Counted from the stretch's first letter, positions 38,860-51,199 are shown. The stretch: 64,000 nucleotides of DNA from Azolla caroliniana (GCA_043228905.1 JBHGNT010000008.1:17298001-17362000), one strand, 5' to 3'. Notes: a model not told the origin generated them from the sequence alone. Program-made: numbers and translations.

Positions 38860-40440
38860 GTACAATGATGTACAATAATCCTAGGACCAAAGATAGGACT
38901 TTGTAGAAGGTGTTGGAATTTGCTGATGTACATTGCCATGATTTGCTGATATTCAAGAAAGGTCCATGGAAGTTGATAGTGCCATTGAGGCCCTTTAGTT
39001 GACTCTGTAAATAAGGGCAACTTTTTCCATAAGTGATGAAGCTTCTTCCATCTCTTGTTCACAACCTTTGGGGAACCATGCATATTGTCATATTGGCCAC
39101 GGAGTACTACCAGTAAGTTCTCCCATATCTCAAGCAGGACATCCAAGAGACGAAGATCTATCGCATCATAATGTCGGCTATATTGACATTTCGATAATTC
39201 CCATTATGTTACAATAGTCATTGTTTTCCAAACTTGGACATATTGCACCTGCTTTCGAGGTTGCTTAAAGGGGATAACTAATATCAATCTTCTATTATGT
39301 ACCATCATTGCCTCTCGAACATCATCTGCCTCATACAACGTCAGGCTGGAATGTAACACTCCCCACTTTGCTGATCCCCATGAAAATAGGCAACCGATAT
39401 TGATTGTTAAAAATGACCAAAGGACTTTATTCCATACTTGTTGAGCCTAGGGACAAGACCAGAGGACATGCTTGGCAATCTCCTGAGCTTCATGGCAAAA
39501 GCCACATTGCCGAAGATTGGGTGCTACATTCTCTTTCAATGAATGACCAACTGGTAATGCCCTATGCAGTAATAGCCATCTGAAGAGAATAAATTTAGTT
39601 GGCTCCTTAAATGAGCAGATCCATCTCCAGTAGGTTTTCAAATGCAAAATTGAGAAACCCTAGGTGGTCCAATGTTTCTCAGCTATTGGTATCATTACAT
39701 TCCGAGAGAGTAGTAGTGATCTTCCAAGTTTTACTGAGTATTGAAAGAAGGGAACCTTTATGATCTATTCCCCCAAGGAATGTGACCAAAACCAACTCCC
39801 CGGATCCCTTGTTAATCTTGCAACAAGGTCTTTTGCGTATAACCACAACATATCACACATATGAGCAATTGAAGGATAAGGATCAAGCATCCATTTCATT
39901 CTAGTTTTAGCAACCACTTTGACTGGTGCACTTCACAAGTGTTGTAGATAACTGCAATCAAAGGTATAAGGTTGCAAACTATGGTTATCTAGGACCTTAA
40001 AATAATAAGCGCACCCGTTAGGTGAAACACCCTTGACAGCCATCGATGTGTCATTCATGAAGCATCCAAACCACACATGTTCCTACTTGGGTTGAAGGTT
40101 GTAGAAAACGAAGAATATGGTACTGATATGTTACCAATCATTATCTTGGCACCATGAACAGATTCTACATGTGCACGACCATCTTCTTGTGGCATTTGCT
40201 GAAATTGAGTCCAAGTTCTTACAGATGCAACTGGCCCATTATCCAATTTACCCTAGGCAAGGTGAATTCTCATGCCCAACACTTTCCCTGCATTTTCCGT
40301 GCTTTCTTCAATTGCTCTGTGGTTATGTCTATATGTCCTTGGTGTCTTTTCAAGTTGCCTAATCCTTATTATGAGAAGATCTTCCCACTCACTTCCTCCC
40401 ATGGCATAATGACTAGTGAGTAGGTTTGATAGAGCCCAAC
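38860..40440 (-). mobile_element. Decayed L1-like LINE, 3' part of ORF2
   Basis: zf-RVT-like FRWLLLHRALPV...CGFCHEAQE..KHVLWSCP plus a C-terminal tail, with multiple stops. Confidence 0.8.
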
Positions 40441-42055
40441 CCTATGCCATTGATTTGAGTGTAATTGGTATGGTAGGGTTTGTTTACACTATCTTAGGAC
40501 ATGCTAATTGCCAAAACTCAAATGCATATATATAATAAGGTTGGGCATGAACCTTGTTGTAGGTGGTAGTGTTTCTTGACGATAGTACACGACTTGTAAA
40601 TTTCATCAAAAGTACCTTCTTACCCTACCAAAAACACGAGGAAGTGTTCCAACAATGGTAATGACTCTTTTGTGAATGAAGTCTACAAACCCTACCTATG
40701 TTGGCGCTATTAGGAGCACATTGACAAACCTACCCACTTCAATTTTTCAATATACCCTAGGGTTGAAGACCCATGATAAGCGGAACTTATTTGATGAACC
40801 CATGTATAAGATCCTAATTGCCATCAAATTTATGATTAAATATTTTTCTCCAAATGAGAAGCCAGACTAAGATGTGGCTTGGGGTGTATGCTATAGAAGG
40901 GCAATGTTTTGATAGGAAGAACTCACAAACCACAACATTTCCCAATTGTAATTGATTGGAGTGCCATAATCTCAATCTCAATAAGGTTTGTAATAGGGTT
41001 CATCATGTTGGAAGAAGGTCAAAATATTATGGATGTGAAATGACATCCAAAGTGTGAGATGAGTTGTGAATAAAATTACACAAAAAAGGGAGGTACACGG
41101 GAAATGAAAAAGACAAGTAACCCTTTTTATAGAATTAGGTATGCAAAAGTTAGACCATGAATGTGTGCTACCTCGCAACTCTCTACACCACGTGGCACCC
41201 AATAGCTCTTATATCTGCAACCATGTGACCATTGTTATCGCATATTTAGGTGGAATCATAGAATGTGCTACCAATATAGCATCTCATCGGCTGTGATAAA
41301 ATTGTGCGACACATATCCTACAACAATAAATAATAATGATACTTTCAAGCATAGTATGAAGTTATGAACCATATGTGCATTGGCATTCGAGAATGTTTCA
41401 AACATTCGAGTATGGTAAACACCCTCGAAGTATGCTAAATACCATACATTGTTATTCATTATTTATTGTAAGGTAAATTTTTTTTAAAGGTATCGAGTGT
41501 AAAGAAAAACGTAAGAATGTTTTGATAACATAGGCATTGGTTTGCATTCGTATGAAAAATAATGTTTGCCAATGCATTCGAGTATATTACGTACTATGCT
41601 TCCAACCATGTGTATGTGTCTCTGAGAAGAGAAAGAGAATATGTATGTCCAAGCATGTGTGTGTCTCTCAAAAGAAAGAGGAAGAGAATATGTCCGTCTT
41701 GTTTGCCTTTATACTTTTTCTTTCTTCCTTTCTGTCTGCAGATTTACAATTTCTTTCTTTGTCGCGTCTTCAATTCAACAACGCGTTGCCTCCTCTCCTC
41801 TCCTCTCCTCTCCTCTGCACACACAACACACACACAAACACACACTCTCTCTGTTTCTCTGTATATAAATACATCCTCATTCTCATCTTCTTCTCTCATC
41901 CCTACCCTACCCTACCCTACCCTACCCTACCCTACTATCTCTCCTTCGCGCAAATCACATTCAGTAAACAACAACAAACTCTTCCAAACTCTCATCTCCA
42001 TCGCTGCCATCGCATATCGCATTTGATATATAACAAACATCAACACTTTATTCCA

Positions 42056-42826
42056 ATGGCTTCTTCCTTGCTGCCTTCTTCTTCGTCTTCTTCTAAATTG
42101 CTGGCCCTCCTCAGCCTTGTTGTCGCTTTATGTGCTATAACTCCTCCTGCCCAGCTTGTGGGCGCAGCGGACGAGGACCCGCTGCAAGATTTCTGTGTGG
42201 CCGATGCCAATGCAGCTGCAGCTGCACCCATCACCATCAATGGGGTAGCTTGCAAGCCAGCCCACAAAGTCATAGCCCAGGACTTCACTTCCACGCTGCT
42301 GCGAGCACCAGCAGCAGCCACATATGATTCTCATTATACTAGTGGCTCCCAGCGCAGCAGCATTGGCAGTAAGGCGGCCATGGTCACCTTGGCCTCTGTG
42401 GCCACCTTCCCTGGGCTCAACACGCAGGGCCTGTCCATCGCTCGCATCGACTTCCCGCCCAACGGCGGACTGAACCAACCCCACGTCCACCCGCGTGCCA
42501 GCGAGGTGCTCTTCCTGGTGCAGGGCACGCTCACCGTCGGCTTCGTCTCCACCGCCCCCAACAACACGCTCTTCCAGGCCACGCTCTACCCCGGCGATCT
42601 CTTCGTCTTCCCCCGGGGCCTCGCCCACTTCCAGATCAACCTGGACAAGAAGATTCCAGCGCTGGCCATCGCCGCCCTCAACAGCCAGAATCCAGGGCTC
42701 TCTCAGCTCGCTGTGGCCCTCTTTGCCGCCAACCCACCACTGCCAGGGATGGTGCTCCAGAATACGTTCGGCATAGAGCAGTCTGAAGTGGACGCCCTCG
42801 CCGCCAGCGTGAAGAAGGCAAACTAA
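42056..42826 (+). CDS. Germin-like protein (cupin), 256 aa, intronless, secreted
   Basis: Start MASSLLP at 42056, DEDPLQDFCVAD, GGLNQPHVHPRASE and GDLFVFPRGLAHFQIN. TATATAAA near 41862. Confidence 0.96.
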   Translation: MASSLLPSSSSSSKLLALLSLVVALCAITPPAQLVGAADEDPLQDFCVADANAAAAAPITINGVACKPAHKVIAQDFTSTLLRAPAAATYDSHYTSGSQRSSIGSKAAMVTLASVATFPGLNTQGLSIARIDFPPNGGLNQPHVHPRASEVLFLVQGTLTVGFVSTAPNNTLFQATLYPGDLFVFPRGLAHFQINLDKKIPALAIAALNSQNPGLSQLAVALFAANPPLPGMVLQNTFGIEQSEVDALAASVKKAN

Positions 42827-43733
42827 AGGTTAAATACCCGATCATCATCGTGAATCGGAAGACGGTCACCCTGTAGCAAGCATCAATCCTGAATCTCACT
42901 ACCTTTTATATACCCATCTATCTATCCACGCCTACGTACGTCTCGTAATTAAATTCACAGCATGCATGTCACCACCATGTTCATAATAATACCTTGCGCT
43001 TGCATTGGGGCGGCATTCCTCACTCACAATAAGTTAGCTAGTTGGTAGTTTTTGTGTAATAAATGAATGCTCTTTTAACATACTCATTTTCCTATTACTA
43101 AGACTCACGTGTCTATCTATCTATTTATCAATCTTATCTATATACAAAACATATCAATTGTGTGATGCTATCTATCTATAGTGTGTGTTTGCTCGTGTTT
43201 ACGTGTGCGCACATGTCCTAATTGTTGGCATCACTGCTCGAGTGCCATTCGCACACAAAGAACTAATTACCAAGTATACATACATGTGCAAGCAATCGTT
43301 TAAATTCTTTCGGTTTCCTTGTTGCAAACATACTCCCTAGGAGGGTTGACTTATCAAGAAACGAAGTTACGCGCATGTGGAGCTAAACACAGGAAAGGTT
43401 TGATACCAATATGATTTCATATGGAACGTATAATCTAAAAAGGTTCCAATAGAATACATATATGCATGAAAACTAAGCAAGACACTCGCTAGTTTATGAT
43501 GTACACATATAATAGACTTTGAGCAATTAATATGAGAGAGAGAGAGAGAGAGAAAGAAAGAAAGAAAGAAAGAAAGATATATTAATGTCTTCTAAGGCCA
43601 AATTTGGCCCATGAGACAAATAGGTTACAACAAAAGATGAGTGTTTATCCAATCATCAAAACTAAAAATAAAAGAAAATAGCTTAAGCTAAGAAAGTTCT
43701 AGTAGTGTACAAAACTTTGCACCAAGCCTAATC

Positions 43734-46700
43734 TCATTTCCACCCAAGTCTCTCAAAAAGAAGTGGGAGGTCAAAAGTTTTTGGTGTGGGTGTGACCCAT
43801 GGTCCCGATGCATAGAGTGCCCTAGCCATGGCTTCTAGGCGGTGTAGTTCACGTTCCCTTATTTTCTTTATTGCTTCTACATCTCGTCGAGTTGCTTTGA
43901 AACCCGGCATCCGAGGGCGTTTGGTTCTTCTTTGATTTTCTGCTTCATCAAGGAGAAGTCCGAGTGGTACAGGTGTGTCGACATTCATTGTCTCCCCCTG
44001 TTCCTGAAAAACTTCATTTGTTATATGTTGGTAAACATTAGCAACATTATTATCAACGTTTTGTAATTTGTTCTCTCTGTGGTGTTTCAATTCTAAGATG
44101 TATCTACCTAATTTCTTTATATCTAGTGTATCTAATAGTTTAGGGAGGGTGGGAGAGGAACCAAGTATGTCTTGGTATTTTGCCCTTATCTCGGCATAGG
44201 TGGGGCATTTGCATGTAAAATGGTACTCATCCTCTATCTCTATGTGGCATAACCTACATATCCTTTCCTCCCTAGGGACTCCATTAGTACGTCCATTCTC
44301 AATCTCAAGTTGGTGAGATGATATTCTAAGTTGACCAATGGCAACCCTTAGTGCATGTGGTAAGAATACATCTAGATATTTTGGGCGCGTGATAAAACCT
44401 AACTCAGAGAAGTGCATAAAGTGTTCTTTATAGTACGACATTTTAGATGGGAGTGGCTCTAGTGGGGTGATCCATTTATACCGGGTATAAATTTGCCATA
44501 TTTCTTGGCGTATTACTTTATTACGGTCCTCATGAGAGAGTAAAGTGTTATCATTCGTGTGGTCGTACTTAAGGGGGGGGAGGTTAGTAATGTCTAGACC
44601 GTTGGCAAGAAGCCAACTCACCATCATGCCATACCATGAGCTAGTATAGCCGGACTCATACAATGCTCGAGAAGCCTTAAAGGCTTGGTGGGATATTCTA
44701 TCAAGTGGTTGGTTATGTATCCTGTGTATAAAGACTACCAGTTGAAAAAGTGCTTCTACTAACATAGGGGGTAGAGTGAACTCAGCCCTAATAATGTCAT
44801 GTGGGACCGACGATTTGCTTCGGAGTTGGCGTGATAACATCATCACCAATGGTCTCTCTAATTGCGTCCACATGAAAGATGGTAGTCCTGGGGCCCAAAC
44901 CGCTGATGCATACATGAGAGAGGGAGTCACTAATGAGTCAAAGAGCCACCCTTTAGTTCGTGGCTCTTGGAAGTATGCTTGGTGGCATTGTCTCTCGAGG
45001 AGTGAGAGGGATGCATGTCCTCTTGTAAGTCTATCCTTCGCTGCTTGTGTCATCGAAAATTTACCTGAGCGGGCACTGAAAGTGACTCCGAGATAGACAT
45101 ATGATCCAACCACCTCAACTGGGCTATGGGAGATAGTTAGGTGACACTTAGCCCTAACTTGGGCCGACGTGTGGAAGATAAGGACTTTAGTTTTCCCTAG
45201 ATTCACTACCAATCCTCGTTGTGTGCAAAAGTCATCTAAGGCATTAAGGTGCCTTTGTAGGTCGTGTTCGGATTCAGAGAGCAAAACTATGTCATCTGCA
45301 TAGAGCAAGATACGCACCTGCGTATCTCCAAGGACTACTCCATTGCCTCCCTTACGAGCAATAAAATCTGTGATCTCATCAATGTAGATCCCAAAAAGAG
45401 TCGGAGATAAGGGGCAACCTTGTTTTACACCAATAGTGCTAGTGAAACTATCGGATATGCCGCCTGGGCATCGAACACACCCGGACACTTGTTCATATAG
45501 TGCGTAGATGGCCCAAACCATGTCATCTGGTATCCTCAAGCTCTTAAGCCTATCAAACAACCGCTCTCTAGGGACCGTGTCAAAGGCTTTGCGGAAGTCC
45601 ACAAAACAACAATATAGTTTCTTCTTGCGAGCCTTAGTCTGGTCAATTAAGCATCTAAGTGTGAAGATATGGTCAATAGTGGAGAAGGCTCGTCTAAAGC
45701 CGGCCTGTTCAGGTGCACGAAGATTTAAGGTCTCCATATACTCGCTAAGCTCTGCCTCCATTACTGCACCATATAATTTAGCAAGGGTATGACCTATCAT
45801 AATGGTCCTATAAGTATTTGGGTCCATGGGGTCCCCCCCCTTATGTATGGGGGCCACTGTGTTCATGGTCCATTGTGATGGAAAACCCTCTGCAAGGGCA
45901 CGATTGAAGATTAGAGTTAGTAAGGGAGCTAGGCACTCTCTCGCGTATATGATGTGTTCTGCTCGCAACCTTGTGTGGTCCATGGACTTCCTATGTTGTA
46001 ATTTCTTTATGACCTTCGTGACCCTAGAGGTCGTGAAGAGTGTCCCCACAGTAGGTCGGGGTGTGGAAGGCATTGGAATGGGTGGTTGGTTTGGGATGTG
46101 GTAAAGTCTCTCTGTATAAGTGTGCCAAGTTTCGGGATCTTCGATGGGTGTTTGTGGTCTTGGTTCCCGTAATCTCTTCCATGCAGTGGCACAATCGTTA
46201 CTCATGAGCATGTGGTAGAGTTCCCAATATTGGGATGCCTCCCATGCTCGTCTCTTACGACGTGTCATCTTGCGCATTTCTTTACGAGCTTGTACTGAGG
46301 TAATACTACCACTGAGTTGCGATATTGTAAGTTGTCGATGTAAGCACCTACAATCCTCATCATACCATCTATTTTGTGGCATAGATCCTACCTTACCTTG
46401 ATTGGAGTGTTTCGTGTATGGGAAGCTGCTAACCGCTGCAGAATGAAGGATGTGTGTGAGTTTCGTATTAAGGCTCTCTAAAGGTAGGGAGGGATCAAGG
46501 GAGGAGAGATGGGCTTGAACATGTCGAGCATATATGTCAGAGAGCTCATGTGTGAAATGTATTGTGATGTCATGGCGTGGTCGACTAGAGTTGGTGACGT
46601 TAGAGATATCGCATTTTATCTCGAAGTATAAGAAACTATGGTCCGCGCCAATAGGACATGGGGTCACTCGGAAGGAGTTAATCATGTGGGTGGCTTCAGG

Positions 46701-47477
46701 GCGTCCTATTAGATAATCGACTGTGCTTTCCCCTCCTCCATGTGGGAAACATGTGAGCTCTTCCGAACCTGGCCACTTGGCTAAACCATTATATATGACC
46801 ATTTGGTGCCGACTACCGAGTTCGAGCAAATGATGGCCAAAGCTCGTGGCGTCTGCACCTTGATCCTTTGATTTACGTGTGGTGTCTATGTCTGAAGGAT
46901 CGACATTTACCATTTCTAGGTTTCTATTCATTTGAAATATTGTGCATTGTCGGGATTGGGTTCTCGCATTAAAGTCTCCTACAAGGAATACTTCGCCTTG
47001 GGAAGAATATCGGATTATGTCATCCGATAGAGGTTCATATGGGGAAGGCCCATGTGGCACTCCGTCATCAACTGATCTCGCCTCGCCAGCCAGATTATAA
47101 CGAGAGCCTTTTGGGGGGAAGTAACAAATGGCGAAAATTACTGCCTTGTCCTTGCTTGTGGAGACTTTCACCCACATAAAACGAGCTTCTGGGTCAGTGC
47201 TCAGTATTTCTATCCTATTATGTAGCTCCCTCCGAAACAATATTGCGACACCTCCAGATCCCCTGGTAGTGCATCGACGTGAGGTTTGTCTAAAAGCCGA
47301 CTCCCAACGAAATCCTTCGACTCGTGGGAGTCCCCTATTTGGGCTTTGGTGTGTTTCTACTAGGCAAACTATATCTGATTCCTTTAATATCCCCTCTAGG
47401 CGGCCGGGGTGTGTCCAGAGTGCGCCGTTACAATTCCATAAGGTCATCCTAAGTGTGTTTTCTGTCACATGGGCCAC
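43734..47477 (-). CDS. LINE ORF2: AP endonuclease, reverse transcriptase and C-terminal CCHC motif (first ATG at 47447)
   Basis: WNCNG, LVETH, GDFNAR and DH (APE). QAGFR, FVDFRKAFD, GVKQGCPLSP and LYADD (RT). CRLC..EDEYHF..KC. Uninterrupted 1247 codons. Confidence 0.95.
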   Translation of the reverse strand: MAHVTENTLRMTLWNCNGALWTHPGRLEGILKESDIVCLVETHQSPNRGLPRVEGFRWESAFRQTSRRCTTRGSGGVAILFRRELHNRIEILSTDPEARFMWVKVSTSKDKAVIFAICYFPPKGSRYNLAGEARSVDDGVPHGPSPYEPLSDDIIRYSSQGEVFLVGDFNARTQSRQCTIFQMNRNLEMVNVDPSDIDTTRKSKDQGADATSFGHHLLELGSRHQMVIYNGLAKWPGSEELTCFPHGGGESTVDYLIGRPEATHMINSFRVTPCPIGADHSFLYFEIKCDISNVTNSSRPRHDITIHFTHELSDIYARHVQAHLSSLDPSLPLESLNTKLTHILHSAAVSSFPYTKHSNQGKVGSMPQNRWYDEDCRCLHRQLTISQLSGSITSVQARKEMRKMTRRKRRAWEASQYWELYHMLMSNDCATAWKRLREPRPQTPIEDPETWHTYTERLYHIPNQPPIPMPSTPRPTVGTLFTTSRVTKVIKKLQHRKSMDHTRLRAEHIIYARECLAPLLTLIFNRALAEGFPSQWTMNTVAPIHKGGDPMDPNTYRTIMIGHTLAKLYGAVMEAELSEYMETLNLRAPEQAGFRRAFSTIDHIFTLRCLIDQTKARKKKLYCCFVDFRKAFDTVPRERLFDRLKSLRIPDDMVWAIYALYEQVSGCVRCPGGISDSFTSTIGVKQGCPLSPTLFGIYIDEITDFIARKGGNGVVLGDTQVRILLYADDIVLLSESEHDLQRHLNALDDFCTQRGLVVNLGKTKVLIFHTSAQVRAKCHLTISHSPVEVVGSYVYLGVTFSARSGKFSMTQAAKDRLTRGHASLSLLERQCHQAYFQEPRTKGWLFDSLVTPSLMYASAVWAPGLPSFMWTQLERPLVMMLSRQLRSKSSVPHDIIRAEFTLPPMLVEALFQLVVFIHRIHNQPLDRISHQAFKASRALYESGYTSSWYGMMVSWLLANGLDITNLPPLKYDHTNDNTLLSHEDRNKVIRQEIWQIYTRYKWITPLEPLPSKMSYYKEHFMHFSELGFITRPKYLDVFLPHALRVAIGQLRISSHQLEIENGRTNGVPREERICRLCHIEIEDEYHFTCKCPTYAEIRAKYQDILGSSPTLPKLLDTLDIKKLGRYILELKHHRENKLQNVDNNVANVYQHITNEVFQEQGETMNVDTPVPLGLLLDEAENQRRTKRPRMPGFKATRRDVEAIKKIRERELHRLEAMARALYASGPWVTPTPKTFDLPLLFERLGWK

Positions 47478-47483
47478 ACGCCG

Positions 47484-47810
47484 TCAATTAGTAGTGCGAT
47501 CATTTATGATCACTCGCCCATCTCGATAAAAGGCGCGATGCCCGTCTTTGCGAGCTTGCATAACCTTTGGCATACAACTCTTGCGATGCTCAATTTGCAT
47601 CTTGGTGAGGTCTTCATCGAGATAGATAGGGTCCCCACCCAATCCTCGAAGAATTGGTCTCTTCTTAAAGAAAGTGATTCTAGAGTCTAAGTCTTTAAAT
47701 TGAAGAACTAAGGCTCTCTTCCTAGTTGTGTCGCGTCCGGCCCTCCAAGCTTTGGTAATAGGTAGGGTCGTTGTGTACCCTAACATTTTCCCGAGTGTTT
47801 GTGCATCCTC
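47484..47810 (-). pseudogene. LINE ORF1 C-terminal half
   Basis: RALVLQFKD...IYLDEDLT...R.....AR..G..AFYRDGRVII resembles the RRM end and CTD of L1-type ORF1. It sits directly upstream of ORF2. Confidence 0.8.
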
Positions 47811-48084
47811 GTCCGTCGCCGTCTGCTGCCGTCGGCGTGCTGGACGACCTACTGCAGTTCGTCATCATCCGTTGTAGTCGCCGTTGCCGTTGCCGTGCTC
47901 TTCTCCACCTTGTTTCTTGAGGTTGCCGAGTGTCACGTTTCTTCTCTTGGCGGCGCATCCTTGTTCTTTTTAGCGTGCTCGTCGTGTGCGAAATGCCAAT
48001 GTGACTACGACATAACACAAACTCGGCTAAGTCTCGAACCCATTTATTTTATCCTTTTTCTTTTCTTTTCTTACTGACACTACA

Positions 48085-48554
48085 ATGTCTAAACGAAAGG
48101 AACACAAGGATACACAAGACGAGGCTATAAGTAAGGAGGACTTTTTGGATATGTTTAACCGTTTAACAAAAATAGAGACGGATATGAAAAAATGGGTGAA
48201 AGACGCCGAAACCCACAAGAAAAAAGATAGAGAGGAAAAAGACACCCTCAAGGCCGAAATAGAAAAACTTAAAGAGGAAAACACAAACCTCAAACAACAA
48301 CTTAATGACATCAAGGTATCCCGAGAGGACGGTGAAATATCCTCCATAGAGGATATAAAAGATGAGATCAAAAAAGTTAAAGAGGAGGTTAAAAATAACA
48401 TAGAATTAGCAAAAACGGGTTGGGTAGATGTCGTTAAAAGAAACATTAAAAAAGAAATAAAGGATGAAAATATTGTTAATACCACCCTCGAAGAGGAGAA
48501 AATGCGTCAGGCCCGACGCCTAAATGTGCGTGTCACTGGGCTCAAGGAAGGTGC
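48085..48554 (+). pseudogene. LINE ORF1 N-terminal half (coiled coil plus RRM start), inverted
   Basis: Charged heptad-rich region followed by RRLNVRVTGLKEG, ending abruptly at an (AG)n tract. Preceded by a GC-rich 5' UTR-like segment at 47811-48084. Confidence 0.8.
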
Positions 48555-49325
48555 AGAGAGAGAGATGTGTCTATGGAATGTGTTTGTTTTGTTTTGTATA
48601 GTTTTAGACGAGCGTGATTTGTGTTGATTGATCAGTTGTCCACTAGCAAGGGCCATCTTGAAATTTATATATATACTCTGGGATTTTATAGGTGGAGTGT
48701 TGAAATGTTCATTTCAATGGGCAATTTGGTCATGTATATTTGAGAATTCCTTCCCCACATTTCACGATTGCCTATCAATATCTAAGGTATGGGGGATTAT
48801 GGCATGAGTGGTTGGAATGTCTTTGTTTTTTATACTCAAAATGGTGTCTGAAGACATATTTGACAATTCCAAATCATTCCTTGTTGGAAACTTCATGGAG
48901 GTTGTCACAAGAGGAATTAGGGATTTATAGGTTGGCAAGGCCTCGTTTCCATCTTTGCATTTGTCCTTATTCCATGGGACTATAGAGGTCCATAATGCCG
49001 TATCTAGAGACGAAGGATGTCATGGGAATTTTGATTGATTTTGTGGTGAGCCAATATCATATCATAATCCGTACATTGTACATTACTGTTTACGAAGAGA
49101 GAGGGGAGCAAGAGAGAGAAAGAGAAAAAGAGAGGGAGGGAAATGGAATGTTACATAACTCTAATTGTGGATCGGGGGAACATAGTGGTCACTTGTAGCA
49201 AAGATTATCATATTGATCGAGATGTTTGCCTTTAGGAGTAGCTTTATAGTGATGTGCACTAATAATTGGTAATTGCCTCTTTTACACTATTCAAGTGAAA
49301 GGTAATTCTCATTATTTTATGAAAC

Positions 49326-49920
49326 TGTTATGGCACCTGGCACACTGATCGTGAAGATATGCGCACCAACAAGGGACACCAAGCAACTAACTTACAAAAA
49401 GGGGGATAAACCAATCCAAGCAAGAGGGGATGGAAGCCAATGGGTAGCCTCGTTTGAAATGACCACACTCATATAATTATGAAAGCTATAAAAGCCACTT
49501 TGTAGTGTCTTTTAAGCTTCTTTACAATCTTACGATTTCTCATATTGATTAAAGCTATAAGCCTCTTCTTCTATCTCCCTAATTGTAACTAAGAGAAAAG
49601 TTATATTAGCGATAATGATTATGAAACCAAACGCTAATCTCTATCTCTTGTTGGTGCTAGACCTCTTTGTACTAAGAGTGGTGATAATAAGATATTGTGT
49701 TCATTTTAACTCCTTCGTTTAAGTGTACAAGAGAGTAAAGCGAGAGAGTGTAGGAGATATATTAATATTAATCAACACTAAGTAAGCTAGTAGCCTAGAG
49801 TTATGCTAATCCGAATCTTATGCCAATGACATCAATGGGAGGTAAACCTCCATCTATCTATAGAGATGCTTTCGTGCAACACACAGAAACGGTTCATCTA
49901 TTTGGCATGCTGTCGGGGAT
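49326..49920 (+). mobile_element. Possible old LTR with a weak PBS-like motif
   Basis: TG start, TATA-like motifs and TGGCATGCTGTCGGGGA near 49903, loosely like a tRNA-Asp PBS. No partner LTR seen. Confidence 0.3.
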
Positions 49921-50184
49921 TAGATCGACACATGAAGCTATCGATGAGCTTTGCATAATCTCATGAGGCAAGACACTTAGTGAGGAAGAGGTGAAGAAAG
50001 TGAAGTCCACGGTTTTTTCCCCTTAGATTAAAATTTCTCCACTTAATATTCTATTATCTTATTTTTTGTTTAAGTTTCCCTTAAACACCTAGACATTAGC
50101 GCACACATTGTTTGGTTTTTACTAATCGTTTTGGCAAGAATGATCTGTTTCTAGATTAAAGTAAGATCAACATGAGTATTGTCG

Positions 50185-50390
50185 CCTCACCACTATTGGG
50201 CATTGTGCTTCAGAACACGTTTGACATTGACCACTTTGAAGTGGATACCCTAACTTGAATATCCGTTGTATGAATGTACAATGAAGAACAAGTAACATAT
50301 GACCCAATCAATATTTTCTACATAAAGTACCTCATCTTCATACTATATATGTTTGTCTATCTGTTTATAATAACTGCATTTAATGAATAC
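50185..50390 (+). pseudogene. Germin-like gene 3' remnant
   Basis: Encodes PLLGIVLQNTFDIDHFEVDTL (GLP C-terminus). The following sequence matches 51458-51600. Confidence 0.75.
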
Positions 50391-51199
50391 ATTGTGATTC
50401 CACATCCGGTAGTTGTGTTTTTTAAGTTTCTCAACTAAATACTTTCTTTTTATATTATTGGACATTGACGACAAGAGATTCTGATTTTGTGCCTCGTTGG
50501 ATGTAAATGAGGCCATGCTTTAGTACATGTTGTTTGGATTTCCAAGGACAATCCAAGCAAATGTGTTGTATTGTGTTTTGCTTGCTATCCCTTAGAGAAG
50601 CTCTCATACCATGTAAGGGGAAAGAAGCAATAACACACAAGGAGAAAGAGAGAATTATAGAGATGGAGAGGCAAGGTTGTAAAAGAAAACTCTATGTATT
50701 TTTCCATTATACTAAAAAGAACACTTTATATAGAAACTTACAAAACCATCTAAATATGTAAGTTATAATAAGTTGGAATTGATGTGATATTTTCTTGTGC
50801 AACGTCTACTATTTTTATATAGATATTTATATTATATCATAACAAGAAGGACATGCAATCAAAACAATGGATTCGAGGAATAATTGCATGCTTTTTTCCA
50901 ATGTGATGGTTTGGGAGCATGCAACGTTTGGTACAAAGAGCACAGGGTAATGAAATCAAAATATATACAAATGATATCCATGGCACAATGGTAATGCGTC
51001 TGACTCCAAATCCAAAGGTAGCGTGTTGGATGAGGAGCATATTGACAAAGCCTACCCACTTCAAATTGTCATTGTACCCTAGGGTTGGAGACACATGATA
51101 AACAAAACTTATTTGATGAACCCATGTATAAGATCCTAATTGCCATCAAATTTATCATTAAAGCCTACATTTTTCTACAAATGAGAAGCCAGACTAAGA

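Larger units (their letters stand above)
43553..48554 (-). mobile_element. Young non-LTR retrotransposon (RTEX-like LINE) with inverted 5' portion
   Basis: Intact ORF2, ORF1 split across both strands, (TTTC)n 3' tail at 43553-43576, and (GA)n on both flanks. Confidence 0.9.

Noticed and set aside
41537-42055. 173-aa N-terminal extension of the GLP in the ORF track
   Set aside because: It runs through promoter and UTR microsatellites and a TATA box. The signal peptide starts at ATG 42056.
44776-47529. Several plus-strand ORFs overlapping the LINE ORF2
   Set aside because: They are antisense shadows of the long RT frame with no recognisable motifs.
48085-48627. Independent host coiled-coil gene
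   Set aside because: It ends in the LINE ORF1 RRM-start motif and complements the ORF1 half on the opposite strand. The last about 24 codons are flanking DNA.
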